Origin: Yuukianura sp. NJ FZ-2021
Taxonomy: Eukaryota
Assembly: GCA_046563655.1 (NCBI GenBank)
Contig: CM102290.1
Location: forward strand, 5,890,001 to 5,954,000
DNA: 64,000 bases
Reading direction: 5' to 3'
A program made the translations under genes and the position numbers. A model generated the notes under the pieces. It was given only the letters and a program-made list of their open reading frames with translations. It was not told the DNA's origin and did not search any database. Positions 12,301-28,090 of this stretch are shown in pieces (within the stretch, counting starts at the first letter, position 1; every line of letters starts with the position of its first letter).

Positions 12301-15300
12301 GAGAGGAGAAGACAATTACTTGGCGATATCCGCATCCACGCTCCATCCAAGCCATCCTCACCCACCCTCTACCCCTCAATAGAGCACCAACTCAATCCAC
12401 CGTAACTGACAAACTTATTTTTACTCAAATCTAATTTTTACACAAAATTATAACCAAAATATGCTGATTTTAGGAGGTGGAATGCAGTTTGAATTGCTGG
12501 AGTGAAGCGGATTCGGGGTTTGTGTTCGTGGGATCCTTTGTCATTCACGATTGTATTGCAGAGGAGGTCGTTTTTGGGGAAGAGGAAGGCAATGAACATG
12601 TTTCCAGCCTCTGGAGAGTCACTCTACTCACACCCATGGAAGAGTCAGTTTATTAATTAATAATAATTAATATAAATTAATTAATTAAAGTAATTCATCA
12701 GGGAGGATTTACAAAGAACGATGAGGCCGGATGGAGTGGTGGCTTCGTTGTACATCAAGTCGTCGTTTGCGAGACACAAAGTTCCTAAACTTCATTTCAT
12801 CGCCCGCATTCCATCAACTACGATTCACTTCATCAATCATCGGACTTATGCCGGCAAGAGTGAGTCTATATTTTTTAGTTAAAACTTAAATCTGAGGTTA
12901 AACAACTTGATTGCAAGTTTTTATTTTGTTTAGTTCCTGAGGAGCGGCTTGGAATGTATTCGATTGAGGGTCTTCAAACTCAAATGGACCAACCATTTGC
13001 AACAATCCACTTTTCTCATGTCATCGCTACAGCGTCTATGTGGATTCAGAGAGCTCGAGCCGAGTTGAAAGCTACTACGCATGTCACTGTCACAGATTAT
13101 GAGTATCTAACAGACATGACAGTCGTCGAACCTTTCCTCACTCGCGTAAGTTTTAGACAATTCACATGTTGAATTTCAAATTTCGAATTTTCATAACTTT
13201 GAAATTGTCTAAATTTTGAACTTTGGTGGATTTGTTTAGGCAACGTACAATTTATTAGAAGAGACTTCCATCAAAGTCCACGAAGGATTCGGCATCATGT
13301 TTGAAAAACTTTGTATCAAGGTTGGTTCTTCGGCTTTGCACACAATAACGACCTCAACATTATGCTGGATCCAAGTACTCAAAGCCTACTATGGAGATGT
13401 AGTGGACACTTCAAGGGCCCACTTCCAGTAAGTCACAAAGTTTTAACATTTAACTTATTTAAACTAATATTATATCATATTAATTAATATAATATAATTT
13501 AATGTTTGCAGACCGTCGATCTCAATGGCTCGAATTATGATTGCCAACGACACGGCATTCCACTTGAACCTCAAACAAGTCCTGACCAAGAAACCGCTGC
13601 TCATTCCCTCTGGCAGTGCTTATGCCTTTGGTTGGACCACGCAAAAGGTCAAACCAGAACTGACGTTGGCTCTGACCGAAGAACCTACCAAAGAAACGGC
13701 TCCTTTTTCCCTCAGACGACCAGAAACACTGGCGAGACAACTCGGAGACTCACACCTCTTCATCACCTCCAAATATCTCCATCCAGCACAACTTCTAGTC
13801 ACAGTGGGTGGGTCATTGGATGTCGCCAATGGACTGGATGTCGCCGTAGAAGTGGGACTGTTGGGAAAACGCATGAGTCAAGAACGATGTTGGAGAGTGG
13901 AGAGTGGGTGTCATGGTCCATCCCTCCTCCTGCCAGCACACGAAGTGGCTGGAATAAGATTCAGACTCACGAATGTCAATGGAAGACAACATGGGTGGTC
14001 ACACAGTGTGACACTGGAGGAATTGGGGTCACTTCCTCAGCAGTCCAGAGTGGTGACACTTTACGAAGAAAGAGAAGGAGTGCTGGTGGATTTGAATATT
14101 TGGTGTTCATTGGTCGAAGAAGGACTGGACGGCGGGCGACGTTGTCTGCTCCTGCTCTTGCCACTTTTTAGGCTTGCCTCGTTTCTGCCTACTCCAACAA
14201 CGGCGACCATCGCTGAACCAGGAAACGCTTCTCGAACTTCAGTCGTTTTGCCTGGCAGAGGATCTAAAGCAGAAGTGGATTTCCGAGGTCAAGCCACTGC
14301 AGCCCATCTTCTAACATTCCAGTCTGAGTGAGTCAAGCTGAATTTCCAATTTTTGAAACTGAAATTTCGAAATTTGAAAACTAATTGTTGATTTTGTTGT
14401 TGCTGCAGTGCATTTTCTGAAGCATCTACTCCGATTCCACTTGTAGCTGGCGGCGGTCCTTGTTTGGAAACACCTCCTCCCAAACCACCGATTGACTCTA
14501 TTCTGGACGATCTACTGCGACGTGACATCGGAGACTTGAAGAGACCGTGGCCATTCACCCGGGAGAATATGGATGGAACCGACTGGGCAGAAGGACCTCG
14601 TTCAGATGGACCAGTCAAAGTGAGCTTCAAACCGTGGATTCCAGGATTCCCGTCGGTCGTTGTCCAAGTCAAACCAGCAGCAATGCTCGTCAATCTCACT
14701 GGTCAGACGCTGCTATTTCGACAAGAGGGCGACGATTTGTCTATTTCGAACAAAACTGTCTTTTCTCCGAACAACATTCATGGGAAATTTGCATTTGGAT
14801 TTAACCTGAATCTACTTGGGGGATCTGGAGTCGTTTGGTCAGAAGAATTAGAGATGAGTGACCATCCTGGTCCGGCGCAAATCCATCATGTCAATTCCGA
14901 CTGGAAAATTCCAGTTAACTGTCTGAGTCGACTGGAGCTGAATGGACACAAAATGCAAGTTCATGTGACAATTGAAGTAACAGTTTTCGAAGGAATCACT
15001 CTCGTTGTTCTCCGTCCAACATTCAACATTCAGAACAAAACGCCATTTACACTTTCTGTTTCTGGATTATCTCTACAAGGAGACGGAAAGAAGGTGGAGA
15101 AGATGATTGGACCAATGGACAAAACTTACCAGCCAATCGATGGCCAAGATGCTGGAAATACTGGAGATCCTGGAAGTGCTTATCCACTTCTACTGTTCAA
15201 TTGTGACTGGAATCCTAAAGAAAGGAATATCTACACGAGTGGAGTCAAGTACTTGGCCCTTAAGTACTCCGAAAGTCCAGCATGGCTCATTCGCCTCATC

Positions 15301-18300
15301 AAGTTTGAGCAAATTTTTGACAACATTTCTGCTCCACAAGGAATTCCGGTCAATCAGCTGACCACGGCCATTCCAACTGTACAGCCACACTGGATCCAAG
15401 GAAAACCGAGAGAAACTGTGGAAGTTGCCATGCCAATTTCTGTTTCCTGGACATCAAAAGATGGACAAGTTTGGATTTCAATTCAATTGGACTCCAGTCC
15501 CCAAGTTGTTCTGGTCAACGAATCCAACATTCCACTGTGCTTTTTGGATCCTGAGAGTTTAAGTCGCGGACACTACCAAAACTACTGGCAACTTCCAATT
15601 TTGAGTCCATTTGCCACTTCGTTCTACACTTTTCGTCAAAACACTTTCCCAGAAGTACAAACTATTCAAGCTGAACTCCATTTTGGACTGTTTCCACTTC
15701 CGGAAAAGAATTTCCGACTGACGACTATGCTGCATGACCTCAAAAGAATCGATTGGTCACCGCCGGTCAAATGTGAAGATTCAGAAGAAGTACAACTGTT
15801 ACTGCTTGGAACTGAACCATCAAAAGTATACTTGAAAGTACTGACAGAAAAACTGGGTCCTGTATACTACATTGTTGTTGAGGAATTGTCAGATGCAGAA
15901 GTGTCGGCAAGAGATGTCAGATCAAGAATCCAAGAAGAGTTGACACAATGTTCACAAACTACTGTTGTCATGGAAAACGAAGTTTCGACATCGACGTTTG
16001 CCAGTTCTCTACAAACGATTTTCCGGAACAGTCAAATTTTCAATGATGGATTCGGTCTGGTTCTGAGTGAAGATGAATTGGCAGCATCAATTGTCAAGTC
16101 CACTTTTGCTCTGGATGTTGCGAGGTCATCGGTATCCAAATCAGAGATTGAAACTGATGTGGGAACAGCCAAAAATCCATTTGTGGAACTACGGATTCAT
16201 TTGCCTCAAATTCGGTTGATTCTGACGAATGATCTGAGTGGACTGGGCATAAGACGTGAAATTTTGAGCCTAACGTTGAATGATCTCTTTTTTGAAAAAC
16301 GTTCAAAACATGGCGAGAGACGACTGCGCGTTTTAGGCAACAAGCCGTCTGAATCTTGGCTCCTTCGTGTCTTGCTGGGTGATTTTCAAGTAGACAATGC
16401 TTTATCGCAAGAAAAAAGATGCGATTTTCCAGTGATTTTGCAGCGGGAAGAGATTTATGAATCAACTGGAGTTCCTTGTCTGTTTGAAACTCCGAAGGAC
16501 TTTGACTGTTGCGTAGACGAAACGTTTTTGAGTCGTGGTGCTCTACTGGAAGTGGGCGGAGAGTTTCTCATAACAAAACCAGAAGGACTGCCACATCTCC
16601 AGTCACTCGAGGTCAAATGTCAACCTGTACGGCTCAACCTGGAGGAAAAGTTTTTAGTCAACATTGTTCCACTTACTTTTGAAGTTGCTGCTGTCGTGAG
16701 AGAAAGACTACCACTTCTTCAAACACAAACTCAAATTTTGCAAGCACAAAGTATGTCTCAACTTAATTTTGGAATTTTGAGAAATTTTGATTTTAATTTG
16801 TTTAATTTCTGGATTAATTGCAGGACTGGAACGCCATTCGAGGGAAAGTTTGCAATTTATTATGCTGCCACTAACAAGAAAAAATACGGAACTGCTGGAA
16901 TCGAAATTTCAAACTTCGGAGGTATCTGTGGCAGCATCAGCGTCAGGAACAGCGACAGTAGAGTTGGTGGGAGCAAGACGCTTAAGTTGGAGCGGTCCCA
17001 GCACGCCTATTGAGTCTCCTGGATTGAGGTCACCCAGTTCAGAAGATGTGAGGTCACTTGTAGCTGTTCCCATGGAAACGGATTTGGGAGTGGGTCCACT
17101 TTATGGCGACATTGGAAAAGACTATGTCCAAAGTATCATCGACGGAGACCAAAATGCAAGTGACTTGACATCACCACAAGAAGAAGGAGTGAACATGGAA
17201 GTCCTTTCTGGAAAACTGCTAGGAGCGATGGAACGTTCTAAAACTGTGACAATTCCTGACGAAGTTCGTTGGATCTTGGAAGATGTTTGTCAACCAATCC
17301 AACTTCAGCGTCTGCATGTCCATCAGGTCCAGACGTACTTGACCTTTCGCGGAACCTACGCTGGTCTCTACTTTGCATTTGACAATTCACCAATTCTGCT
17401 CAACGAATACGTCGCCCACCAACTGCTGACGACCAGATTCAACCTTGGACAAACTCTCGGTGGACACTTTCTGCTTGGAGCGATTTACCGAGCAGGAAAC
17501 CCGATGAGAATGCTGGCTTCACTGGAACTGATTGGGAGTCCAGGGTCCCTTGCAAGGACCCTTGGAACGGGAGTGAAGGACTTTGTGGTGTATCCCTTGA
17601 GGGGCGTGAGGGAAGGGCCCTTGGCCTTTGTGGCTGGACTCAACAGCGGATCTTCGTCACTCTTGCGCAATTTCACGGCTGGTAACAGAACAGAATTTTA
17701 AAAATGAACAATTTTAAACATGAACATTTTATTAAAAAGTTAGAATTGAATTTGTTCGGGGGTTTGAAGTTTTGCCTTTTTTTGCTTAGGTACTTTGACC
17801 TCGGTGACGAACTTGGCTTGGAGTGTGTCCAGGAACCTGGATCGCTGGACACTGGATGAGCTGGAGGAAGAAATGGCAGAGGACAGCAGACGCATACCGA
17901 TCGATGGGATTTCCGATGGACTTGTTCATGGCCTCAGTGCATTTGGCATACGACTTCTAGGTTCGTTTTACTTATATAAATTATAATGATAAATATAAAT
18001 TATAAAATATATCTAAAAATATAAATTATAATTTTTAGTGATAAAATGTAACTTTGTATAAAAGTTAAATTTTTGTGTGTGGTAGGTGCGATCGGTGGAG
18101 TTCTTCATCATCCTCTGCAGGCAGCGATTGATGATGGAGCTTCTCCTTTCAAGATTGCAAAGGGACTGGGGAAGGGCCTTATCGGAGTAGTGACGAAACC
18201 GGTTGGAGCTACTGTTGAATTGGTTGCCATGACAGGACAAGGGATCCTCCAGGAGGCTGGATGGGCTCAAAAATTTACAGTAAAAACAAAAATATTGGCA

Positions 18301-18820
18301 GTATTCAGTATAATGGCTGCGGATTAGAAGTAATGTTTGGATTTGATTTGACAGAGGAAGGAAGATGTGTTTGTGGAGGACACTTCGGGCACTTTGAATT
18401 CGGGACTCAAGTATCGTTGGAAGTTGGGGTTGACTGATCGAGAGCCGGGGCAGGAGAAACTTCTTCTAGTCGTGGAGGGCGTAGAGCTGGATGCGAGGGG
18501 CAGACCAACACTCGTGTCACTTCTCATAACTACTGAGGTCAGTTTTAAAAACACAAACTGAACTGAAGTTTGTAAATTGTAACTAATGTTTTGAATTTGA
18601 ACAGCATGTGCTTGTGATGGATACGAGTCTGGATCAAGTGAGACGCAGGGAGTCCATTTCGTCTTCTGTCATGCAACCGACTGATTTTGAACTGGACTCG
18701 AGTGTTGCCACTGAATTCTTCACTCTTCTTGGAGTTCTTAAAAAAATGCACAGCGACGACCTCTTCAAACTCTTTCCGAAGTCCCACCGAGGAGAATCCA
18801 ATCAAATGATCAGCAAATGA
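6359..18820 (+). CDS. VPS13B: Vacuolar protein sorting 13B (VPS13B/COH1) bridge-like lipid transfer protein (many exons)
   Basis: Chorein_N start MFSIESYLTPYIAAYLGKYVDNF...LSLWEGEATFQNVDLNL...GHIHEMKISVPWTKITSEPIVVTINT. VPS13B-like FEDDLRNGAF and TWRYPHPR segments. C-terminal LASLELIGSPGSLARTLGTGVKDF...KGLGKGLIGVVTKPVG (ATG2/VPS13_C-type). Consistent GT-AG introns over ~12.5 kb. Confidence 0.93.
10541..10918. mobile_element. Degenerate MITE in a VPS13B intron, with a duplicated right end
   Basis: Left end CAGGGTAGGCAATAAGTC versus right end GACTTATTGCCTCACCTG (imperfect ~18-bp TIR). A second similar right-end block (GAGAGATTTTTTGAAATTGGTTCTTATTACCTAACTTG) lies at ~10750-10788. Confidence 0.6.
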
Positions 18821-19129
18821 TCAGAAATGATCAGTACATGATCAGAAAGTGATGAATTGCTCATTCCAAGTACCTTATTGTATTCAAATGTTACCAATCA
18901 GTACCTTAGTTACCAAACCCACCGTTCACTATAAAACATTGAGTGTCTATTGAGTCAAACTTAATTTGTCAATGTCAATTGTTCTTACTCTTTATCTGTA
19001 TTAGTGGTTTTGAGTAAAATTATTTTGAAACTAATTTGAAAAATTGTGCATGTTATTCTGGATTTAGTTTTGAATAAGTTTTGAATAGGGGATTTTTTTT
19101 AATTTTATTTCAATTTTGAAAATTCATAA

Positions 19130-19860
19130 CTCGGGAACGAAGAGCGATAGAGATGTAAACTCTTCGGATCTGAACTCAGAAAAATATGAAACAACAGAAA
19201 AATTAAAAGGAGCCTTCATTTTGACCTAGAATTAAAAAAAAAACAACAATGTTCTAGAAAAGTTTAGAATAACGGAAATCCGAAATGTCCACTTTTGAAT
19301 GTGTATTCTTATTACAGATTTTGAGTCGCTGAATCTAAATCTGCAATCAGATTCCCCCGCTCACGAGCCATTTTCGAGGTACAAACATTCCAATTTTTTT
19401 AATATGAAAATTGATAACTATAAAATTAGAATGTTGGTATCTCGAGAACGGCTCGTGAGCGGGGGAATCTGATTACAGATTTAGATTCTGCGACTCAAAA
19501 TCTGTATGAATACACATTCAAAAGTGGACAATTCGAATTTTCATTATTCTAAAATTTTATAACACTTTTTTTTGTTGAAAAATTTCGACTCCAATCGTTG
19601 CGAAATGCTGCTCTACATGAAGAAAATAGCTCTCCACCAATAGGAATCTCTCCAGACTTGAAACTTTCAAAAAATATAAAGACTTTTTAGCTATTTTGAA
19701 AAGTCCAGCAGCGAACATCAAGTTGTTCGTTAAATTAAAAAAAAACATGGACTATAGTTTATGGTTTTTGCGGGTGCCTTTTTCAAATTTTTAAAAATAT
19801 TTCATATTTTGTAAATTCAAGAGCGCAGAGGTTACCTCTTTAACGCTTTCCGTTCCCGAG
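19130..19860. mobile_element. Non-autonomous TIR element with an internal ~290-bp hairpin (19263-19553)
   Basis: Outer imperfect TIRs of ~85 bp (CTCGGGAACG.../...CGTTCCCGAG). Inner arms include GATTTTGAGTCGCTGAATCTAAATCTGCAATCAGATTCCCCCGCTCACGAGCC and its near reverse complement at ~19450-19503. Confidence 0.75.
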
Positions 19861-20060
19861 ATAACATATAATATTGAGTAAAATAAATATGAGATAATTG
19901 TGAAACTAATTTTAAAAAATTGTGGATATTATTCTGGATTTAGATTTAAGCAGAATGGAAAGTCAAAAGTGTTGACTATGAAAACATTTGGAAGACGAGT
20001 ATGGAAAAAGTGGTAACTTGAGCCTGGTCAATCGTTGTTTGGAATTAAGACTGTGTTTGG

Positions 20061-23499
<3,439 letters not shown>

Positions 23500-25899
23500 T
23501 ATAAAGATCAACAATTAAGCTCCCTCAAGTGTCCAAAGTCAATGGTCCTCCTGAAACCAGAACAGCATGACTCAATATTCATAGAATCCAAAACTATCAC
23601 GCAAAACAGAACTCTTTACAAGTATTCCATTCCTAGAAAAGGAGCGAATAAAACTGATTTTGTTTAGAAATACGGACAGAGTTCAGAGTCCTTTTTGACC
23701 GAAAAGGACAAACACAAAATGTTTTGTTGACTTTAAAATTTAAATTTTATGTGGAAAGCGTGCAGAACAATGGACGGTAAAAGTAACTAAAGACTTCTAA
23801 AGTAAAACTAAACACTTCTACATAAATGCAAAGTTTTTTTTTGGTACAGGAAAGTTGCCCCGGTCATGCCAACTCTAAAAACCGTGACCTTTGGAAAAGT
23901 AACGGGATTCCAGAAAAGATGTGTGTTGCTCTACTTATGCAGAAGAACATGTTTGTGTATTCAAGGCTTTCACTTGTCTCACCTGTTGAATCTCAACGAA
24001 TGGAATGAATGAATTAGAGGCACCTTGGAGGACGGAACGCACCCAGCACTTGATCTAGCCGTGGTGGCAGTTGACCTCTGACCTAAGGCAAGTTAAATAA
24101 TAAGTAATTAACATAATTAACTAATAACTATGAAGTTATTAGCAGTGTTTTACGTTGGAGGTAGGAGAGAAGATGGACGTTGTCGTGCCGGTGGAGATGA
24201 CTTGATAACTAACCTGTTGAGTGGATTGGTAAAAAGAGCTTTTTAGTTCCTGAGTACTCTAAATCCCGTTTGGGCTATCCGTGACCAATTCCAGGGCGTG
24301 AGCCGAGTCTCTTGCTGTAGCTGTGGTGATTGAAGGAGGAAAAGTGAGTAAGGTTTTAGTACTATCAACTTCTGTTTCTGACAGCCAACCCATGCCAATT
24401 CCGGCCAGCACTCGTATATCATCACTATTTTTCAATGGAAAGGATCCAGTTAACATTAACAGAGAGGCATTCACCCCTTCACAATCCCCTTGCTTGTAGT
24501 ACTCCAACCAATGTTGTCAATTGTCCTCGGAAACCATAAATTTCGGTTAAACTTACCCATATTCAAACTCCAAAGTCACAACTTTTCACTTCTGATACAA
24601 ATAGTTCGGTCCACGGTCCAGTTAGTGTCAATGTCCAACTGCAAAAACAGGACATTAACTCAAATTCCACCATCAACCTTTCCATACTTCCTCGCTTAGC
24701 TGGAATGGAATTCCAAAAATTGCGATTTCAAAATTTCAAATGTTTACAATTTTGAAAATCCCGCTTTTGTCCATTTGAATTCTAAAAGAGCGATAGACAA
24801 TTTGAAACTCCCGCTTTTGTCCATTTGAAATGTAGGAGCAATAGGGATTACAAAATAAACAAGAGGATTAAAAATGGACGAGGCGTTGGCTACTTGGCAT
24901 TTTTCAATTCCATGTTTACATTGACATGTTTACTGATTTGTTATCCGAGTGTACCAAGCGTAGGACACTTCCTTGATAATCCACTTACAAATTGGTAAAA
25001 AGTGTAACGTTTACAGAGCGGAGGCGCAGTTTTGTTATTATTGTTCATAAAAGATTTCCAAAACAGTTTTATCTTTCCCAATCTCATCTCCACATTTGGC
25101 ACTCAGACATCAAACGTATCCCGTGATCCTCCACATTTGTGGAAATACGAAAGGTCAAAGGTTGCCATCTGCCGAATCATATACACACAGGGTAATAAAG
25201 CGTAATTCTAGTTTAGTTATCGAAAACTAATTAGAGAGAATCCTAACATAAATTTCTTTGTCCAGTTATGTAATTGCATCGTAAATTAGTTGGAGTCTGG
25301 CTAAATGTTGGATATCGGACTTCTCGGATTTCTCAGATTTGTAGGAGGGTCGCACACTGTCAAACCGCGGACTCTCTAATATGCAACAGATTAACTTAGT
25401 AGGTATGGTAAACCCCTTAATACAAATCATCTAATAAACTTTGAATGGGTTTGGTGAAACTCTTACCAAACCATTTAAATATAGCTTCAAATCGGCATAG
25501 TTTGAGCAACTGATTTTAAGGAGTCTGGAAAATTAAGGAGTCTGGCATGACAGTCTGCACCCCTCCCTCATACAAATCGGAGGATTCCGAAATCCGACGT
25601 TTAGCCGGACCCTGTGGTTGCGGCTGAGCATAAAGAGCCTCCTCCCTGGGCCAAGACTAAAAGTCTGAAGTGCTGTCTGAAGTGCCTGTAACTTTGTCCA
25701 GAAACTCCAGAACTGACTGGAAACCACAAAAACAATTCTCCCACCTCCTTCTCACTCGATCCCACCACTGGGAAATGCTGGGAAGTCACTGGGGAAAAAA
25801 CTACCCCTTTAGCTGTCTGAAGTTGCTGTCTGAAGTGGACCCACTATTCCGCTGATTCGTCAGAAATCGCGATCGCATTGGTTAAAATTTTCGCTAGTA

Positions 25900-27733
25900 G
25901 GAATGTGCGAAATACCAGGAAATGACAAAACTGAGTTCCCAGCATCTTGTTCATCATTTCCCAACACTGGGAAATGGTGGGAAGTGTCTGGGGAAAAAAC
26001 TACCTCTTTATTTTGGGGGTGGAAGGAAGTCTGAAGTGGGAATAACTTTGGCTAGAAAGGTGGGAAATGCTGGAAAACAATAAAACTGAGTTCCCAGCAT
26101 CTAGCTCATTACTTCCCACTACTGGGAAATGGTGGGAAGTGACTAGGAAAGAAACTACCTCTTTATTTTGGGGGTGGGAGGAAAACTCTGAAGTTGGAAT
26201 AACTTTGGCTAGGAAGGTGGGAAATGCTGGGAAATGACAAAACTGAGTTCCCAGCATTTAGTTCATCAGTTCCCACTACTGGGAAATGGTGGGAAGTGAC
26301 TAGGGGAGAAACTACCTCCTTATTGTGGGGGTGGGAGGAAAACTCTGAAGTAGGAATAACTTTGGCTAGGAACGTGGGAAATGCTGGGAAATCACAAAAC
26401 TGAGTTCCCAGCATCTAGCTCATTACTTCCCACTACTGGGAAATGGTGGGAAGTGACTAGGAAAGAAACTACCTCTTTATTTTGGGGGTGGGAGGAAAAC
26501 TCTGAAGTAGGAACAACTTTGGCTAGGAACGTGGGAAATGCTGGGAAATCACAAAACTGAGTTCCCAGCATCTAGTTCATTACTTCCCACTACTGGGAAA
26601 TGGTGGGAAGTGACTAGGGGACAAACTACCTCCTTATTGTGGGGGGTGGGGGCAAAACTCTGAAGTTGGAGTAACTCTGGCTAAGGAAGTGGGAAATGCT
26701 GGAAAACAATAAAACTGAGTTACCAGCATCTAGCTCATTACTTACCACTACTGGGAAATGGTGGGAAGTGACTAGGAAAGAAACTACCTCTTTATTTTGG
26801 GGGTGGGAGGAAAACTCTGAAGTAGGAATAACTTTGGCCAGGGAAGTGGGAAATGCTGGGAAATCACAAAACTGAGTTCCCAGCATCTAGCTCATTACTT
26901 CCCACTACTGGGAAATGGTGGGAAGTGACTAGGAAAGAAACTACCTCTTTATTTTGGGGGTGGGAGGAAAACTCTGAAGTAGGAATAACTTTGGCTAGGA
27001 ACGTGGGAAATGCTGGGAAATCACAAAACTGAGTTCCCAGCATCTAGTTCATTACTTCCCACTACTGGAAAATGGTGGGAAGTGACTAGGGGACAAACTA
27101 CCTCCTTATTGTGGGGGGTGGGGGCAAAACAGAAGTTGGAGTAACTCTGGCTAAGGAAGTGGGAAATGCTGGAAAACAATAAAACTGAGTTACCAGCGTT
27201 TAGCTCATTACTTACCACTACTGGGAAATGCTGGGAAGTGACTAGGAAAGAAACTACCTCTTTATTTTGGGGGTGGGAGGAAAACTCTGAAGTTGGAATA
27301 ACTTTGGCTAGGAAGGTGGGAAATGCTGGGAAATGACAAAACTGAGTTCCCAGCATTTAGTTCATCAGTTCCCACTACTGGGAAATGGTGGGAAGTGACT
27401 AGGAAAGAAACTACCTCTTTATTTTGGGGGTGGGAGGAAAACTCTGAAGTAGGAATAACTTTGGCTAGGAAGGTGTGAAATGCTGGGAAATGACAAAACT
27501 GAGTTCCCAGCATCTAGTTCATCAGTTCCCACTACTGGGAAATGGTGGGAAGTGACTAGGAAAGAAACTACCTCTTTATTTTGGGGGTGGGAGGAAAACT
27601 CTGAAGTAGGAATAACTGTAGCTAGGAAGGTGGGAAATGCTGGAAAATCATAAAACTGAGTTCCCAGCATCTAGCTCATTAGTTCCCACTACTGGGAAAT
27701 GGTGGGAAGTGACTAGGAAAGAAACTACCTCTT
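25900..27733. repeat. 157-bp satellite array, ~11.5 copies (left arm)
   Basis: The anchor CTACCTC recurs every ~157 bp from ~26000 to ~27725. The unit is rich in GGGAAATGCTGGGAA, TTCCCAGCAT and GGGGGTGGGAGG. Confidence 0.95.
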
Positions 27734-27839
27734 CAGTGGCGGTTTCGGTGCTTACTACATAGAAGACCAAAAGGGCCATTCGCAACTTTCGATTTCCGAC
27801 TCGGAAATTTTGAGTGAAATTTGACTTGTACTGTTTTCC

Positions 27840-28090
27840 GGTTTCCAGCCTTCCCAGCTTCTGAAGAGAAACAGCGGATTCGTCTTCCAGTCTTCCGATT
27901 TCCGGCTTCCAGAGAATGTTTCGTCTTCCAGGCTTCTAACTTCCGGCTTTTAGAGAATGTTCTGCCTTTAGGCTTCCAATCTCCGGGTTCAAAGGAATAT
28001 CTTGTTTTCCGGGCTTCCGGACCCCGGCTTCAAGAGAATATTTTCTCTTCCAGGCTTCCGTCTTCAAAACTTCCGGAAGCCGGAAGACGC
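27840..28090. repeat. Degenerate ~38-bp tandem repeat inside the Foldback loop
   Basis: Recurring TCTTCCAGGCTTC...TTCCGGCTT..AGAGAAT units, ending in the palindromic CTTCCGGAAG. Confidence 0.6.

Noticed and set aside
16740..16830. Apparent frame change between VPS13B ORFs 14464-17013 and 16787-17701
   Set aside because: Explained by a normal GT-AG intron (GTATGT at 16751 to TTGCAG at 16823).
25900..27733. CRISPR-like regular array
   Set aside because: Whole units are repeated with no unique spacers, there are no cas genes, and the context is eukaryotic.
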